A DNA stretch of 63,473 nt, filler included, from Chiloscyllium plagiosum (taxonomy: Eukaryota): NCBI RefSeq assembly GCF_004010195.1. It is 3 parts of one record of this genome, joined end to end, with 100 filler letters (N's around TTAATTAATTAA, not from the genome) between each part and the next. Parts side by side here need not be neighbours in the genome. Positions count along the whole stretch, not along the records: positions 46,628 to 63,473 come from NC_057712.1; 2 more parts are not named here. One strand, given 5' to 3'. The notes beneath the pieces were generated by a model. The model had not been told where the DNA came from. It was given only the letters and a program-made list of their open reading frames with translations, and did no database searches. Shown one piece after another: positions 62,593 to 63,473 of this stretch. Made by a program: the position numbers and the translations under genes. Position 1 is the stretch's first letter. The number at the start of each line of letters is the position of its first letter.

Positions 62593-63473
62593 GAAGTAAA
62601 AACAATGACTGCAGATGCTGGAAACCAGATTCTGGATTAGTGGTGCTGGAAGAGCACAGCAGTTCAGGCAGCATCCAAGGAGCTTCGAAATCGACGTTTC
62701 GGGCAAACGGATGGAGGTGTAGAGGGATTGGATATCCATGGTGAAGATAAGGCGTTGAGGTCTGGGGAAACGGAAGTCTTGGAGGAGGTGGAGGGCGTGG
62801 GTGGTGTCTCGAATGTATGTGGGGAGTTCCTGGACTAGGGGGGATAGGACAGTGTCGAGGTAGGTAGAGATGAGTTCAGTGGGGCAGGAGCATGCTGAGA
62901 CAATGGGTCGGCCAGGGTGGTCAGGCTTGTGGATCTTGGGAAGGAGGTAGAACCGGGCAGTGCGGGGTTCCCGGATTATGAGGTTAGAAGCTGTGGGGTG
63001 GGAGTTCTCCTGAGGTGATGAGGTTCTGTATGGTCTGGGAGATGATGATTTGGTGATGGGGAGTGGGGTCATGGTCGAGGGGCAGTAGGAAGAGGTGTCC
63101 TCGAGTTGGCGTTTGGCTTCAGCGGTGTAGAGGTCAGTGCGCCAGACTACCACTGCACCCCCTTTATGGCTTGATGGTGAGGTTGGGATTGGAGCAGAGG
63201 GATTAGAGGACTGCGTGTTGTGAGGGTGAGAGGTTGGAGTGGGGGATGGGGGTAGACAGGTTGAGGCGGTTAATGTCCCAGCGGCAGTTGGAAATGAAGA
63301 GGTCGAGGGCAGGTAATAGGCCAGCGCGGGGTGTCCAGGTGGATGCAGTGTGTTGGAGGTGGGCGAAGGGGTCCTCGGAAGGTGGGCGGGAGTCCTGATT
63401 ATGAAAGTAAGCTCGGAGGCGGAGGCGACGGAAGAATTGTTCGATGTCACGGCGTGTATTAAATTCATTGATG
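62593..63473 (-). mobile_element. Penelope-like element RT N-half fused to a pLTR 3' end; runs off window end
   Basis: KGGAVVVWRTDLY...ARFYLLPKIHKPDHPGRPIVSACSCPTELIS...YIRDTTHAL...LIFTMDIQSLYTSI, directly followed by half a hammerhead (gcccgaaacgtc) and a tail. Adjacent to a CR1 tail at 62515-62592. Confidence 0.92.

Overview
This is eukaryotic, repeat-dominated, apparently intergenic or intronic DNA. It is most likely from a cartilaginous fish (shark), judged from HE1-type V-SINEs, HER1/CR1 LINEs and DeuSINE-like SINEs. No host protein-coding exon could be identified. Every ORF with recognisable protein motifs is a decayed retrotransposon fragment: CR1/HER1, L2, Rex1/Babar, L1/Tx1 or Penelope-like (RT + GIY-YIG). 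The most notable structure is a dense set of Penelope-like element (PLE) termini, about 20 copies from at least four sequence families (labelled A-E here). They carry minimal type I hammerhead-ribozyme motifs (CTGAnGA-stem II-GAAA-palindromic NUH). Many are 110-600 bp non-coding fold-back insertions with 12-17 bp target-site duplications (TSDs). Across unrelated families they share one geometry: one arm carries an unpaired 32-38 nt tail that the inverted arm lacks. The window also has four N-gaps, two containing an artificial TTAATTAATTAA linker. Family names come from motif recognition, not database searches, and boundaries of old repeats are approximate.
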